DNA of 64,000 bases, from positions 13,727 through 77,726 of the forward strand of contig CAJWHW010000006.1 of the NCBI GenBank assembly GCA_913040915.1, written 5' to 3'. The position numbers and the translations under genes are program-made. The notes under the pieces were generated by a model that saw nothing but the letters and a program-made list of their open reading frames with translations, was not told where the DNA came from and made no database searches. Position 1 is the stretch's first letter, and the number at the start of each line of letters is the position of its first letter. This DNA comes from an uncultured Fidelibacterota bacterium (GTDB lineage: Bacteria > Fidelibacterota > Marinisomatia > Marinisomatales > UBA1611). Shown here one piece after another: positions 1 through 8,873 of this stretch.

Positions 1-6
1 GATTGT

Positions 7-675
7 ATGAAGCAACTTATTTTTTGGATCGGATTTATCTCATTTATTTTTTGTCAAAATCCTAATCAGTATTTAATGCCAACAAAAAAGTTTGGCACCA
101 ATGGAGCTATATATTTCAATGCAGGTACAAATCAATTAGATCTGGAAGGGTTTTTTGAAATTCAATCATACTTCGGTCTTTTTGGTGATGTATGGTTTGC
201 ACAATTGGATATGGATGAAAAAACTGATTTAGTAATCAATACCTCTGTTGGTTGGATGAAGGAGATCTCACCCAATTTGATTTTTGGTGGTGGTATTTCC
301 AATAATACCGATGATAATTTAAATGAATTATTTTGTGGAGCGAATATAGGCATTGTTTCCTTGATAGGATTTTATGGTCTAAAGGCAACACCAGTAAATT
401 TTATTGGGATGCTTGATTTGAATTTTGGCCCGCTGAAAAATATTCCAATTGACATTTCTATGATGAGTGTCTTTGAATCTTCCGATTCGGAACATATGCT
501 TAGATTAATAAAAAAATATGATAACAGGATTCAATTGGGCTATATATTTTCCAGAGAAAAGTTTGAATCAGAAGAAACCAGAACTTTTGTAAAGAAAGGG
601 TTTACAAAAACTTATAAAGTCCCTATTCAGGAAGACGGATTTTTCCATACAGTTTATATTGGGTTTACATTTTAG
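7..675 (+). CDS. Exported hypothetical protein, probable small outer-membrane beta-barrel
   Basis: N-terminal signal peptide (MKQLIFWIGFISFIFC); amphipathic beta-strand pattern; C-terminal beta-signal-like HTVYIGFTF. Confidence 0.5.
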   Translation: MKQLIFWIGFISFIFCQNPNQYLMPTKKFGTNGAIYFNAGTNQLDLEGFFEIQSYFGLFGDVWFAQLDMDEKTDLVINTSVGWMKEISPNLIFGGGISNNTDDNLNELFCGANIGIVSLIGFYGLKATPVNFIGMLDLNFGPLKNIPIDISMMSVFESSDSEHMLRLIKKYDNRIQLGYIFSREKFESEETRTFVKKGFTKTYKVPIQEDGFFHTVYIGFTF

Positions 676-707
676 TTTTTCAGATTCCTTGATTAATGTC
701 AATTAAA

Positions 708-1355
708 TTAATTAATTATTTGTCCATCATCATCTAATTCAGGATATCGCTCTCCTCTAGATTCAAAGACCCTGGCTACTTCAGGATAACAAAATTCAAA
801 TAATAATTTTTCAAATAACCTAGGATCCAGACTAGGTTCTTGATAAAGCCCTGATTCAATTCGCTGCCTTTGTGCTTCCAATAGAATAACTGCATTAGCC
901 ACAGAAACGTTCAAACTTTGTACCATTCCTAGCATATTAACATGAATTTCATCACAAACAAGTTTTCTTGTCTTTGGTGAAATTCCATCTAATTCAGCTC
1001 CTAGAACAACAGCACTAGGCTGGGTGTAATCAATAGTAAGATAATCCAAAGATGACTTACTGTGATTCGCAGCATAAATATTAAAGCCCTGCTTCTTTAA
1101 TGCTAGAATGGCACTTTGAATTGAATCATGAACTTGAAGTTTTACCCAATGATTTGATCCGCTAGCTGCTTTCAGATTCAGACCAATCTTTTTATTCTTA
1201 GAAATAGCGTGAATTTGGCCAATCCCAACTGCATCACAAGAGCGTATAATTGCAGCTAAGTTATGGGGTTTATGAACATTGTCCAGCACAACTGTCAGAT
1301 CTGATTGCCGCTTTTTTAGAACGTCTTTGATTTTTTGGAACCGTTTAGGGGTCAT
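708..1355 (-). CDS. trmH: tRNA (guanosine(18)-2'-O)-methyltransferase
   Basis: SPOUT motifs VHKPHNLAAIIRSCDA, VLGAELDG, SLNVSVA; TrmH-type C-terminus YPELDDDG. Confidence 0.93.
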   Translation of the reverse strand: MTPKRFQKIKDVLKKRQSDLTVVLDNVHKPHNLAAIIRSCDAVGIGQIHAISKNKKIGLNLKAASGSNHWVKLQVHDSIQSAILALKKQGFNIYAANHSKSSLDYLTIDYTQPSAVVLGAELDGISPKTRKLVCDEIHVNMLGMVQSLNVSVANAVILLEAQRQRIESGLYQEPSLDPRLFEKLLFEFCYPEVARVFESRGERYPELDDDGQIIN

Positions 1356-1410
1356 TTAGAATTTTCCTCTGACCTTGTAGAAGTAATAAGGATTGAATTG
1401 ATTAAATTCA

Positions 1411-2331
1411 ATGATTATGATTTCATCTGAATCTATAAAAAATAAAGCAAAAGAACTGGGATTCCAAAAAGTAGGAATTGCCAAGGCTGAACCAACACCT
1501 AAAGAAAAAGCTGATTTGGAATCATGGTTAAATAGGGGAAACCATGCCAGCATGATTTGGATGGAGAAAAGGAAGGAAGAGAGGGGTGATATACATACCT
1601 ATTATCCCGAAGCAAAATCAATTATTTCTGTTGGGCTGAATTATAAAATAGGGATAGAACAAGCAGATCTTAATTCAGATTTTAAATTTAGTAATTATGC
1701 CTGGGGTGATGACTACCACGATGTTTTAAATAAAAAATTATATGCCTTATTTGCGTTTATCAAAAATTCCTACCAAGATGTAAAAGGTATAGTTTGTGTG
1801 GATACATCTCCGGTTATGGATAAAGTCTGGGCGCAACGGGCAGGTCTGGGCTGGCTGGGGAAACATACCAACCTCATTACGAGAGATTTTGGCAGTTGGC
1901 TTTTTTTAGGCGAGCTTATTCTGGATATTGAGTTAGAACCAGATACTCCTTTCACTGAAGATTTATGTGGGAGTTGTACAGCATGTATTGATCAATGTCC
2001 TACTCAAGCTCTGAGCGAGTACGAAATAAATGCTGAAAAATGTATTTCCTATCAAAGCATTGAGCATAGAGGTGATTTCTCTAACGACGATGAAAAACTC
2101 CATGGATGGATCTACGGCTGTGACATTTGTCAGGACGTATGTCCCTGGAATGAAAAATTCTCTGAGATATCAGATATTTCAGCATTTCAACCCAGAAAAG
2201 AAATTTTGGAATGGACGAATGAAGATTGGCAAAAGTTAGATAGCGAGGGATTCCGTAAATTATTTAAAGGATCTGCTGTTAAGCGAACCAAGTTTGTAGG
2301 ATTAAAACGAAATATCAATCAAAATACTTAA
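1411..2331 (+). CDS. queG: Epoxyqueuosine reductase (cobalamin, 2x[4Fe-4S])
   Basis: YAWGDDYH, VDTSPVMDK, CGSCTACIDQCPT and GCDICQDVCPWN motifs. Confidence 0.95.
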   Translation: MIMISSESIKNKAKELGFQKVGIAKAEPTPKEKADLESWLNRGNHASMIWMEKRKEERGDIHTYYPEAKSIISVGLNYKIGIEQADLNSDFKFSNYAWGDDYHDVLNKKLYALFAFIKNSYQDVKGIVCVDTSPVMDKVWAQRAGLGWLGKHTNLITRDFGSWLFLGELILDIELEPDTPFTEDLCGSCTACIDQCPTQALSEYEINAEKCISYQSIEHRGDFSNDDEKLHGWIYGCDICQDVCPWNEKFSEISDISAFQPRKEILEWTNEDWQKLDSEGFRKLFKGSAVKRTKFVGLKRNINQNT

Positions 2332-2394
2332 GCCTGAGATAGTGAAAACACTAAGTTATTGCATTAGTCAATTTTTATTGATCGAGGAGAAAAA

Positions 2395-3057
2395 ATGTCA
2401 AAAATAGGTGTAGTTTTATCAGGATGTGGTGCCCAGGATGGCTCTGAAATCCATGAATCAGTGATTACCTTACTAGCACTGGATCGGGCTGGTGCAAATG
2501 TCACCATTATGGCCCCAGATATGAACCAGTTTCATGTGATCAACCATCTGGATGGTGAAATCATGAATACATCGCGAAATGTTTTAATTGAAGCAGCGCG
2601 AATCGCCCGGGGAAATATCGTAGATGTTGCCACAAAAACCGGGAATGAATTTGACGCAGTAATCTTTCCAGGTGGAACAGGCATGGCAAAAAATATCTTT
2701 GATTATGCCATGACAGGACCGAAATGTACTGTTATTAGAGATGTCCAAAGACTAGTAATGGAAATACTTGATGCTGGCAAACCATTGGGTGCTATTTGTA
2801 TTGCACCCGTCATGGTAGCAAAAGTATTACAGAAAATGGGCCGTAGTGGTATCGTTACCGGGGGGTATAATGAACAGATTACAGCAGATATTCAGGCAAT
2901 GGGTATCAAGACAGAACCTGCGAAAGCATATGACATTATTGTAGATGAACAAAATAAAATTGTGACAACACCGGCTTATGTTGAAGCTCAATCTATTCAT
3001 CAAGTTGCGGAAGGTATCGAAAAGCTGATCAAAAAAGTTTTAGAATTGATTGATTAA
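2395..3057 (+). CDS. elbB: ElbB/ES1-family glyoxalase (DJ-1/PfpI superfamily)
   Basis: VVLSGCG..DGSEIHE, EAARIARG, ICIAP, TTPAY motifs; SD gagga upstream. Confidence 0.9.
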   Translation: MSKIGVVLSGCGAQDGSEIHESVITLLALDRAGANVTIMAPDMNQFHVINHLDGEIMNTSRNVLIEAARIARGNIVDVATKTGNEFDAVIFPGGTGMAKNIFDYAMTGPKCTVIRDVQRLVMEILDAGKPLGAICIAPVMVAKVLQKMGRSGIVTGGYNEQITADIQAMGIKTEPAKAYDIIVDEQNKIVTTPAYVEAQSIHQVAEGIEKLIKKVLELID

Positions 3058-3074
3058 ACTCGGTGTAGCCTGAA

Positions 3075-3947
3075 TCAATCAATTTCAATATCTACTGAGC
3101 CAATACCCACTGAAATTTCTGCTGTTATAGTGGGGCGTTTATCATCCCAGGTTTCACTAATGTAGTTATTATCATTTTCTACTTTTAATCCATCGACATC
3201 TACAGAGCTCAAGAAAGAATAATCCACTACCAACAAAATATTTACATTCCGAGGAATAATTAAATCCAGTGCTCCCAGACCTACATCCACAGATATATCC
3301 ATATCTTCTTCAAATTTTCCACGTAGATCGATTGTAGCAGCACCAAGCCCAATGTCCAGTTTAAATTTCTGTACATTAAGATTTCCTAACCCGTAACCGT
3401 TAAAATCTCCTAATCCAGTGTTAATACTCACATCTTTGCATGATACTTTGTTAGGCAGGTCAATGGACATTTTCACATCACTCAAACCGCAGTCCAGTTC
3501 TAATTTAGTCAGTGAAATATTTGTGATGTCAATATTTGCTTCGCCAAGTCCAAAATCCATTTCCAGTTCAGTTATTATATTCGTAGCAAGTTCAAAATAC
3601 ATATGATTAAAAAATTTATTTCCAAAGTTAAAATCATCAAAATTAAACCCATTTTCACAGCATTCGAATTTGTTTTTGGATTTGCCTTCAATAGATAAAA
3701 AAGCTTTATTAGTAACAGATGAAAAATCTACATCTGTTTCTATACGATCTGGATTGTATTCAATTGTTCCATATATAGTTTTTGATGACGAAGATGATCC
3801 GATTTTCAACTCACCCAACCCAAAATTTAATTCAACTTTTATTGATTCATATTTTCCAAGGTTAAAATTATAATTATCTAGAACAAGTGTTGTATCATTT
3901 TGTGAAAATAAATGTGAGATCAAGACAATCAGAAATAATTGTTTCAT
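3075..3947 (-). CDS. Exported beta-repeat (toast-rack/LiaF-DUF2154-like) protein
   Basis: Start reassigned to ATG 3947 (signal peptide MKQLFLIVLISHLFS; track start overlaps the upstream gene); repeated L.xxG(L/I)G.xxID units. Confidence 0.6.
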   Translation of the reverse strand: MKQLFLIVLISHLFSQNDTTLVLDNYNFNLGKYESIKVELNFGLGELKIGSSSSSKTIYGTIEYNPDRIETDVDFSSVTNKAFLSIEGKSKNKFECCENGFNFDDFNFGNKFFNHMYFELATNIITELEMDFGLGEANIDITNISLTKLELDCGLSDVKMSIDLPNKVSCKDVSINTGLGDFNGYGLGNLNVQKFKLDIGLGAATIDLRGKFEEDMDISVDVGLGALDLIIPRNVNILLVVDYSFLSSVDVDGLKVENDNNYISETWDDKRPTITAEISVGIGSVDIEID

Positions 3948-3957
3948 ATAGTTTATC

Positions 3958-5445
3958 TTAAAAACTGTAATTGATCCGTACTGTTGTTTCAATGGGATGA
4001 TTGCCTTGGAGCTTCTTGGCAAAATTGAATCCAAAATTCAATTCTTCACTATTGCCCTTGCCAAATCCAATACCGGTGGACTGCAATAAGTCACCCCTAT
4101 GATTCAATATGTAACCCATATCCATCAATTTATCAGAATGATAAGCCATTCCTGCATCATAAAAGAATTTGACAAAAAACCATTTTTTGGTGAATTCATC
4201 TGTAAAAATGATTTCGCTATTATATTGCCCCATGTGATTGCCGGTTTGATATTTATAATCAAATGCGCTTACTGAACCTAAACCGCCCACACCAAATTTC
4301 CTGAATTCTGACAATGTATATGAGGCGCTGCCCAAAATCAGACGATTTCTTAAAATAAGACCTGTCATCAATTTCATGTTACCGATTGTAATTGCAGATA
4401 ATCGCATCGTGGGATTAGACAGTGTGATATCATTTTCTTTTACAACTAAATCAATTTTTGATAGAAAAGCGAATCCTGTTGAAAGTGGTTGAAAAGATCT
4501 GGTACGAAAAGCAGCTAAGCCGGCAAAGTATTCGACATCTGTAGGTTTCATAATAGGATTGAGCCGTAGCTGTCTATTATCATTAAATAAACTCCATACA
4601 TTATCATCCACGGGTATTTCTGATTGCGTAGCCCGAACAAATTCTCCCTTTAATTTTATGCTGGAAAGATCTAGTCCTATTCCCATTCTAAGTCCGGTTT
4701 CATCCCACCGGTCATAAAAGTCTTGACGGCCTAAAATATTTGCCCATGTATTTTCCTTTAACGGTAAACGATATTCATCATCTGTGCGGGCTTCTTTGAA
4801 TCCGCTTAAATAAATTGTAACGGATCGATTCATAAGCTGGGATGTTTCCAATTTCATTTTGCCAACAAATTCATTTTTACTGAAACGATATCCTAAAGAG
4901 AAGCTTAGGTGAATTAAGGATTTATTTCCTTGATCCCAATTCCAGTTTAAAGGATAGAATAGCAATCCCTCGTTCCGATTAAAGACCAAAATTTCCGATC
5001 GAGGATGGAACCAGTCTTGTCGATGCATATCAGAAAATTCTGAAATATTCAAAGATTTGTCCTTTGATTTAAAAGTCGTATCGGAAAATGTTTCCCGATA
5101 AATCAACCCTTGATCCATGCTGGCTTCCACCACTTTCCCGGATATGGTTGCCCCTTTATCGGTAATAACATTACCGCCAATGGCCACGATTTTTCCTTCA
5201 ATAATGGCAGAAGGAAAGATTTGGACATCGCCACCAATTACTGTGATTTGATTTTTGACTGTACCATGGACATCTAATTTGCCACCCAAAATTCTAATAT
5301 TATAGTTTATGATTTCAGTTGAATCAATTGTCACATCGGAATAAAGTCTAATTTCATTTGTTGTTTGGGAAGTGGAATCCGGAAGGGATGAATTCATGCC
5401 AAAGATGGCATAAATCACAAATGGTATAATAAATATTAATTTCAT
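3958..5445 (-). CDS. Omp85/BamA-TamA-like outer-membrane protein with N-terminal bactofilin-like beta-helix
   Basis: Signal peptide; GG.V/I repeats in N-terminal part; barrel motifs FGVGGLGSVSAF and FFYDAG; terminal INYSF. Confidence 0.6.
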   Translation of the reverse strand: MKLIFIIPFVIYAIFGMNSSLPDSTSQTTNEIRLYSDVTIDSTEIINYNIRILGGKLDVHGTVKNQITVIGGDVQIFPSAIIEGKIVAIGGNVITDKGATISGKVVEASMDQGLIYRETFSDTTFKSKDKSLNISEFSDMHRQDWFHPRSEILVFNRNEGLLFYPLNWNWDQGNKSLIHLSFSLGYRFSKNEFVGKMKLETSQLMNRSVTIYLSGFKEARTDDEYRLPLKENTWANILGRQDFYDRWDETGLRMGIGLDLSSIKLKGEFVRATQSEIPVDDNVWSLFNDNRQLRLNPIMKPTDVEYFAGLAAFRTRSFQPLSTGFAFLSKIDLVVKENDITLSNPTMRLSAITIGNMKLMTGLILRNRLILGSASYTLSEFRKFGVGGLGSVSAFDYKYQTGNHMGQYNSEIIFTDEFTKKWFFVKFFYDAGMAYHSDKLMDMGYILNHRGDLLQSTGIGFGKGNSEELNFGFNFAKKLQGNHPIETTVRINYSF

Positions 5446-5448
5446 GAT

Positions 5449-6693
5449 TTAATCCTGTTCAATAGTTATAGTGCCAAAGGATGCTCGTAATTTCATAGGA
5501 ATTATCCCAGCTAATAAAGAACCGGAACCGGTAACACGATTATTATTTACTTTAATATCTAAGGGTATGTCAGAGTTCAAATCCTGGACTAAATCAGTAC
5601 CAGAAATTTCTGCATCCACATTTACTGGTAGATTGGTAGGAATCTGAATGAGAATATCTCCTGTATCTGTTTTGATATTCATTCCATAATCTTTCATCTC
5701 TGTTAAGTATGATATTTCCAGCTTAATATCACCTGCTAATGTTGATGCATCAACCAAACCAAAAATATTATCACCATCAATATTACCCCCTGATGTATAA
5801 CAAACAATGCTGCCGGTCAATTCATCGATCTCAATATCACCGCCCGATGTGGACACATCCGCATTACCCTTAATATTTTCAAGAATAATTGCACCACGTA
5901 ATGTTTTGCAATCAATATCTGCTATCACTTCTTTAACAAGAATATCTCCGCCGGCACTCCTGGCTGAAATGGTTGAACCTGAAATATTTTCAAGGAGAAT
6001 ATAACCACCGCTAGTTTGGGCTTCTATATTTCCTACGAGATTCTGAAATTCCATATCACCGCCGGCAGTAGATACGTTAAATTGCCCTTCAGAATGCTTA
6101 ACATCAATATCACCACCAGATGTGTGAACTCGGATCAATCCTTCTAGACTACTTATTTTGATATCTCCTCCAAATGCTTTTGCATCAATCCTTCCAGATA
6201 AGTTTTTCAATTCTATATCACCACCACTTGTTTTTAGAACTAACTCACCCTGGATATGCTTAACATTTATATCTCCACCTGAAGTTTCAAGGTTAAGCTG
6301 AATGTTGATTGGCAAATTTATATTGAAGACTGTTGAAACATTATGTCTGTATCTTATTTTTTTATCTGCATTAATTTGGATCAGATTATTATCCTCAATA
6401 TGATATACATCAATTTTATTTTCTTCAACTAATTTTTTAGCTTGTTTTTCTGTTTTTGCACGAATTTTATGTTTAATAAATATCTCAATACCGCTTCTTT
6501 CTTGTCCATTAACAATGATATTGCCTTCCATATTTTTTACTGATAGTGTATATGAACCATTATCCGGAATCCAATCAAATCGGTAGGTCTCTTTATAATG
6601 ATATTTTTTATTTTGCCCTTTTTTGAATTCTTCAAAAATCTTTTGTCCTAATAAATTCGATATTAATAGACAAATTAGCGAAAGTCGTATCAT
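5449..6693 (-). CDS. DUF4097-family beta-strand repeat (adhesin-like) exported protein
   Basis: Signal peptide; many ~18-aa T(S/A)GGDI repeats. Confidence 0.8.
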   Translation of the reverse strand: MIRLSLICLLISNLLGQKIFEEFKKGQNKKYHYKETYRFDWIPDNGSYTLSVKNMEGNIIVNGQERSGIEIFIKHKIRAKTEKQAKKLVEENKIDVYHIEDNNLIQINADKKIRYRHNVSTVFNINLPINIQLNLETSGGDINVKHIQGELVLKTSGGDIELKNLSGRIDAKAFGGDIKISSLEGLIRVHTSGGDIDVKHSEGQFNVSTAGGDMEFQNLVGNIEAQTSGGYILLENISGSTISARSAGGDILVKEVIADIDCKTLRGAIILENIKGNADVSTSGGDIEIDELTGSIVCYTSGGNIDGDNIFGLVDASTLAGDIKLEISYLTEMKDYGMNIKTDTGDILIQIPTNLPVNVDAEISGTDLVQDLNSDIPLDIKVNNNRVTGSGSLLAGIIPMKLRASFGTITIEQD

Positions 6694-7089
6694 GATTTCT
6701 GCTTCATATTGACATCCAAAACTTCCTTTGAGATGGATGTAAATAGTTCTGTCCTCCGATAATGTTTAAAATCATTTTTATCTATTATACTGATGTCTTT
6801 TAAAGCTGAAATCCTTGATTCATCCGGAGTTATTCCCATGATATTCATAGTTGAGAGTCGGACAGATTCATTGTCATCTTCCAAAAAAACTCTCATGTAA
6901 GCTTCTTTAATTGCTTTGTAGGCATTGAAAAAAACCTTCTTGTAGAAGATCTTCAGCATCCTGTTTCTCTTCTCTGAGTTGCAAGACTAATGTCATTATT
7001 ATTTAAACATGTATTGCGATAAATTTGTGAAACATTTTTATATTTACTCATCTTGCTTCAAGGATTGATGTTCTAATATTACTTTTCAA
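6690..7089 (-). pseudogene. Decayed ECF sigma factor N-terminus fused to C-terminal HEAT-like fragment of a probable anti-sigma factor
   Basis: Frame from TTG 7089 reads ILEAR*VNIKMFHKFIAIHV*IIMTLVLQLREEKQDAEDLLQE; after a 1-nt shift it continues VFFNAYKAIK (ECF region 2), then EAYMRVFLEDDNESVRL...DKNDF (HEAT-like). Confidence 0.72.
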
Positions 7090-7121
7090 TCTTATACCTA
7101 ATTATAATTATAAAGACACTC

Positions 7122-7164
7122 AAAAAAAAAGCCTCGTCCCTTGAATAAGCCAAAGGATAAGGCT
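7122..7164 (-). terminator. Intrinsic terminator downstream of mdh
   Basis: Minus strand agccttatcctttg...caagggacgaggct stem followed by a long T run. Confidence 0.85.
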
Positions 7165-7207
7165 AATAAAAAATTAAGGAGCTTGGTGCCCTCTGTGTTT
7201 GTTTTTT

Positions 7208-8143
7208 TTACAATCCTGTTTCAGCAACAGTCTTTTTTACAGCATCCAGAGTATTATTCAATTCAGCTTTTTCACCATCGGTCAAATTGAATTCTAATAC
7301 TTTTTCTACACCACCAGCACCAATTACTGTAGGCACACCGATGAAATATCCATCAATACCAAATTCACCTTCGCAAAGAGAAGCACATGGAATGACACGT
7401 TTTTTATCTCTAATGTAAGACTCCGCCATTTCAATTGCCGATTGGGCTGGGGCATAAAAAGCAGACCCATTTCCAAATAATTTAACAATTTCTCCGCCGG
7501 CGACACGAGTCCTATCTTCAATCTCAATCAATCGCTCAGGAGAAATTAAATCTGTTATAGGAACGCCGCCGATTGTCGCCAACCTAGAAACAGGTACCAT
7601 AGTGTCACCATGCCCTCCCAAAACCATACATGTTACATCCTGTACAGAATATCCTGTTTCCATGGCAATAAAGGTTCTAAAACGAGAGCTGTCTAGCGCA
7701 CCAGCCATTCCAACTACTTGATTTTTAGGAAATCCAGATACTTTATGGAATGCATAAACCATTGCATCTAATGGGTTTGAAATAACAATTACAAATGCGT
7801 TAGGAGCCTGATCTTTAATATTGGTGGCAACATCTTTCATAATCCCTAGATTGATTTCTAACAGGTCTTCACGATCCATTCCGGGCTTTCTGGGGATTCC
7901 AGCAGTGATAATAAAAACATCTGAACTCTTTACATCATTCCAATCAGACGTTCCTTTGATATTTGCATCATGGCCGTCATGAGGACGAAGCTGCATAAGA
8001 TCCAGCGCTTTTCCTTTTACCATACCTTCAGCTTTTGGAATGTCAAAGATGATCACATCGCCCAATTCTTTTTGAGCAGCGAGGAGGGCAAGGTTTCCAC
8101 CAATTTGTCCTCCACCGATTAGCGTTATTTTTTTCCGTGACAT
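7208..8143 (-). CDS. mdh: Malate dehydrogenase (LDH-like)
   Basis: GGGQIG, TAGIPRKPGMDREDL, SNPLD, LDSSRF, LGGHGD. Confidence 0.96.
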   Translation of the reverse strand: MSRKKITLIGGGQIGGNLALLAAQKELGDVIIFDIPKAEGMVKGKALDLMQLRPHDGHDANIKGTSDWNDVKSSDVFIITAGIPRKPGMDREDLLEINLGIMKDVATNIKDQAPNAFVIVISNPLDAMVYAFHKVSGFPKNQVVGMAGALDSSRFRTFIAMETGYSVQDVTCMVLGGHGDTMVPVSRLATIGGVPITDLISPERLIEIEDRTRVAGGEIVKLFGNGSAFYAPAQSAIEMAESYIRDKKRVIPCASLCEGEFGIDGYFIGVPTVIGAGGVEKVLEFNLTDGEKAELNNTLDAVKKTVAETGL

Positions 8144-8160
8144 TATTAATCCTATTCTTT

Positions 8161-8192
8161 AAAACAAAAACCCCCCGAATTCCGGAGGGTTT
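8161..8192 (-). terminator. Intrinsic terminator after rplU-rpmA
   Basis: Minus strand aaaccctccggaattcggggggttt followed by ttgtttt. Confidence 0.75.
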
Positions 8193-8200
8193 AGATATTA

Positions 8201-8455
8201 TTATTCAGCGATCACCGTTACAATTTTTCGGTCTCGACCTTTTCGGCGAAACTTGACAATGCCATTTGCTGTGGCAAAAAGAGAATCATCATTGGCGCGC
8301 CTGACATTCATACCCGGATGAATTTTAGTTCCACGTTGTTTTAAAATAATTGTCCCAGCTAAAATAGACTGACCGTCCGCTACTTTTAATCCAAGATAAC
8401 TTGGATTCGAATCACGACCGTTTCTGGAACTCCCTTGTCCTTTCTTATGGGCCAT
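8201..8455 (-). CDS. rpmA: 50S ribosomal protein L27
   Basis: [16 protein letters not shown]...QRGTKIHPG. Confidence 0.98.
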   Translation of the reverse strand: MAHKKGQGSSRNGRDSNPSYLGLKVADGQSILAGTIILKQRGTKIHPGMNVRRANDDSLFATANGIVKFRRKGRDRKIVTVIAE

Positions 8456-8458
8456 AAT

Positions 8459-8844
8459 TTATTCCTCTTCCTGTACTGAATTCTCTACCGCAGATACTTC
8501 CTTTTTGGGAGTAGCTTTTTTTGTTTTTAAAGTAGATGCCTTAATTTTTTGAAATTCAACTTCAGTAAACCATTGCCTGTGGCCATTTTCCGCTGATACC
8601 CTTTACGTCGTTTTTTCTTGTAAATAAGAATCTTCCGTTCCCGACCATGATCGATCAAAGTCGCTGTTACGGATGCACCAGAAACATTGGGAGTACCAAT
8701 TTGAGTACTTGTTCCATTATGGACAAGTAAAACATTGTCAAAGGTTAATTTAGCGCCAGTATCGCCTTTTTGATGTGGAACACGGACACGTGCCCCTTCA
8801 GTAACCTTAACTTGTTTTCCAGATATATTAACAATAGCATACAT
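8459..8844 (-). CDS. rplU: 50S ribosomal protein L21 (apparent 1-nt frameshift at 8586-8589)
   Basis: MYAIVNISGKQ...KKKRRKGYQRK; conserved GHRQ and a stop at 8459 next to rpmA lie in the shifted frame. Confidence 0.93.
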
Positions 8845-8873
8845 TTTTGTTCTCCAAAAAGCCGGCGAATTTA

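Noticed and set aside
1356..1553. 65-aa minus ORF abutting trmH
   Set aside because: Mostly antisense to queG, no recognisable motifs
7003..7050. TGA in the ECF relic (and in the radC relic) as Sec or an alternative genetic code
   Set aside because: The same relics also contain TAA stops and frameshifts; TGA is a normal stop in fumC and sufC and Trp is TGG
8586..8589. Programmed -1 frameshift in rplU
   Set aside because: No X XXY YYZ heptamer or obvious stimulatory structure; a homopolymer error is simpler
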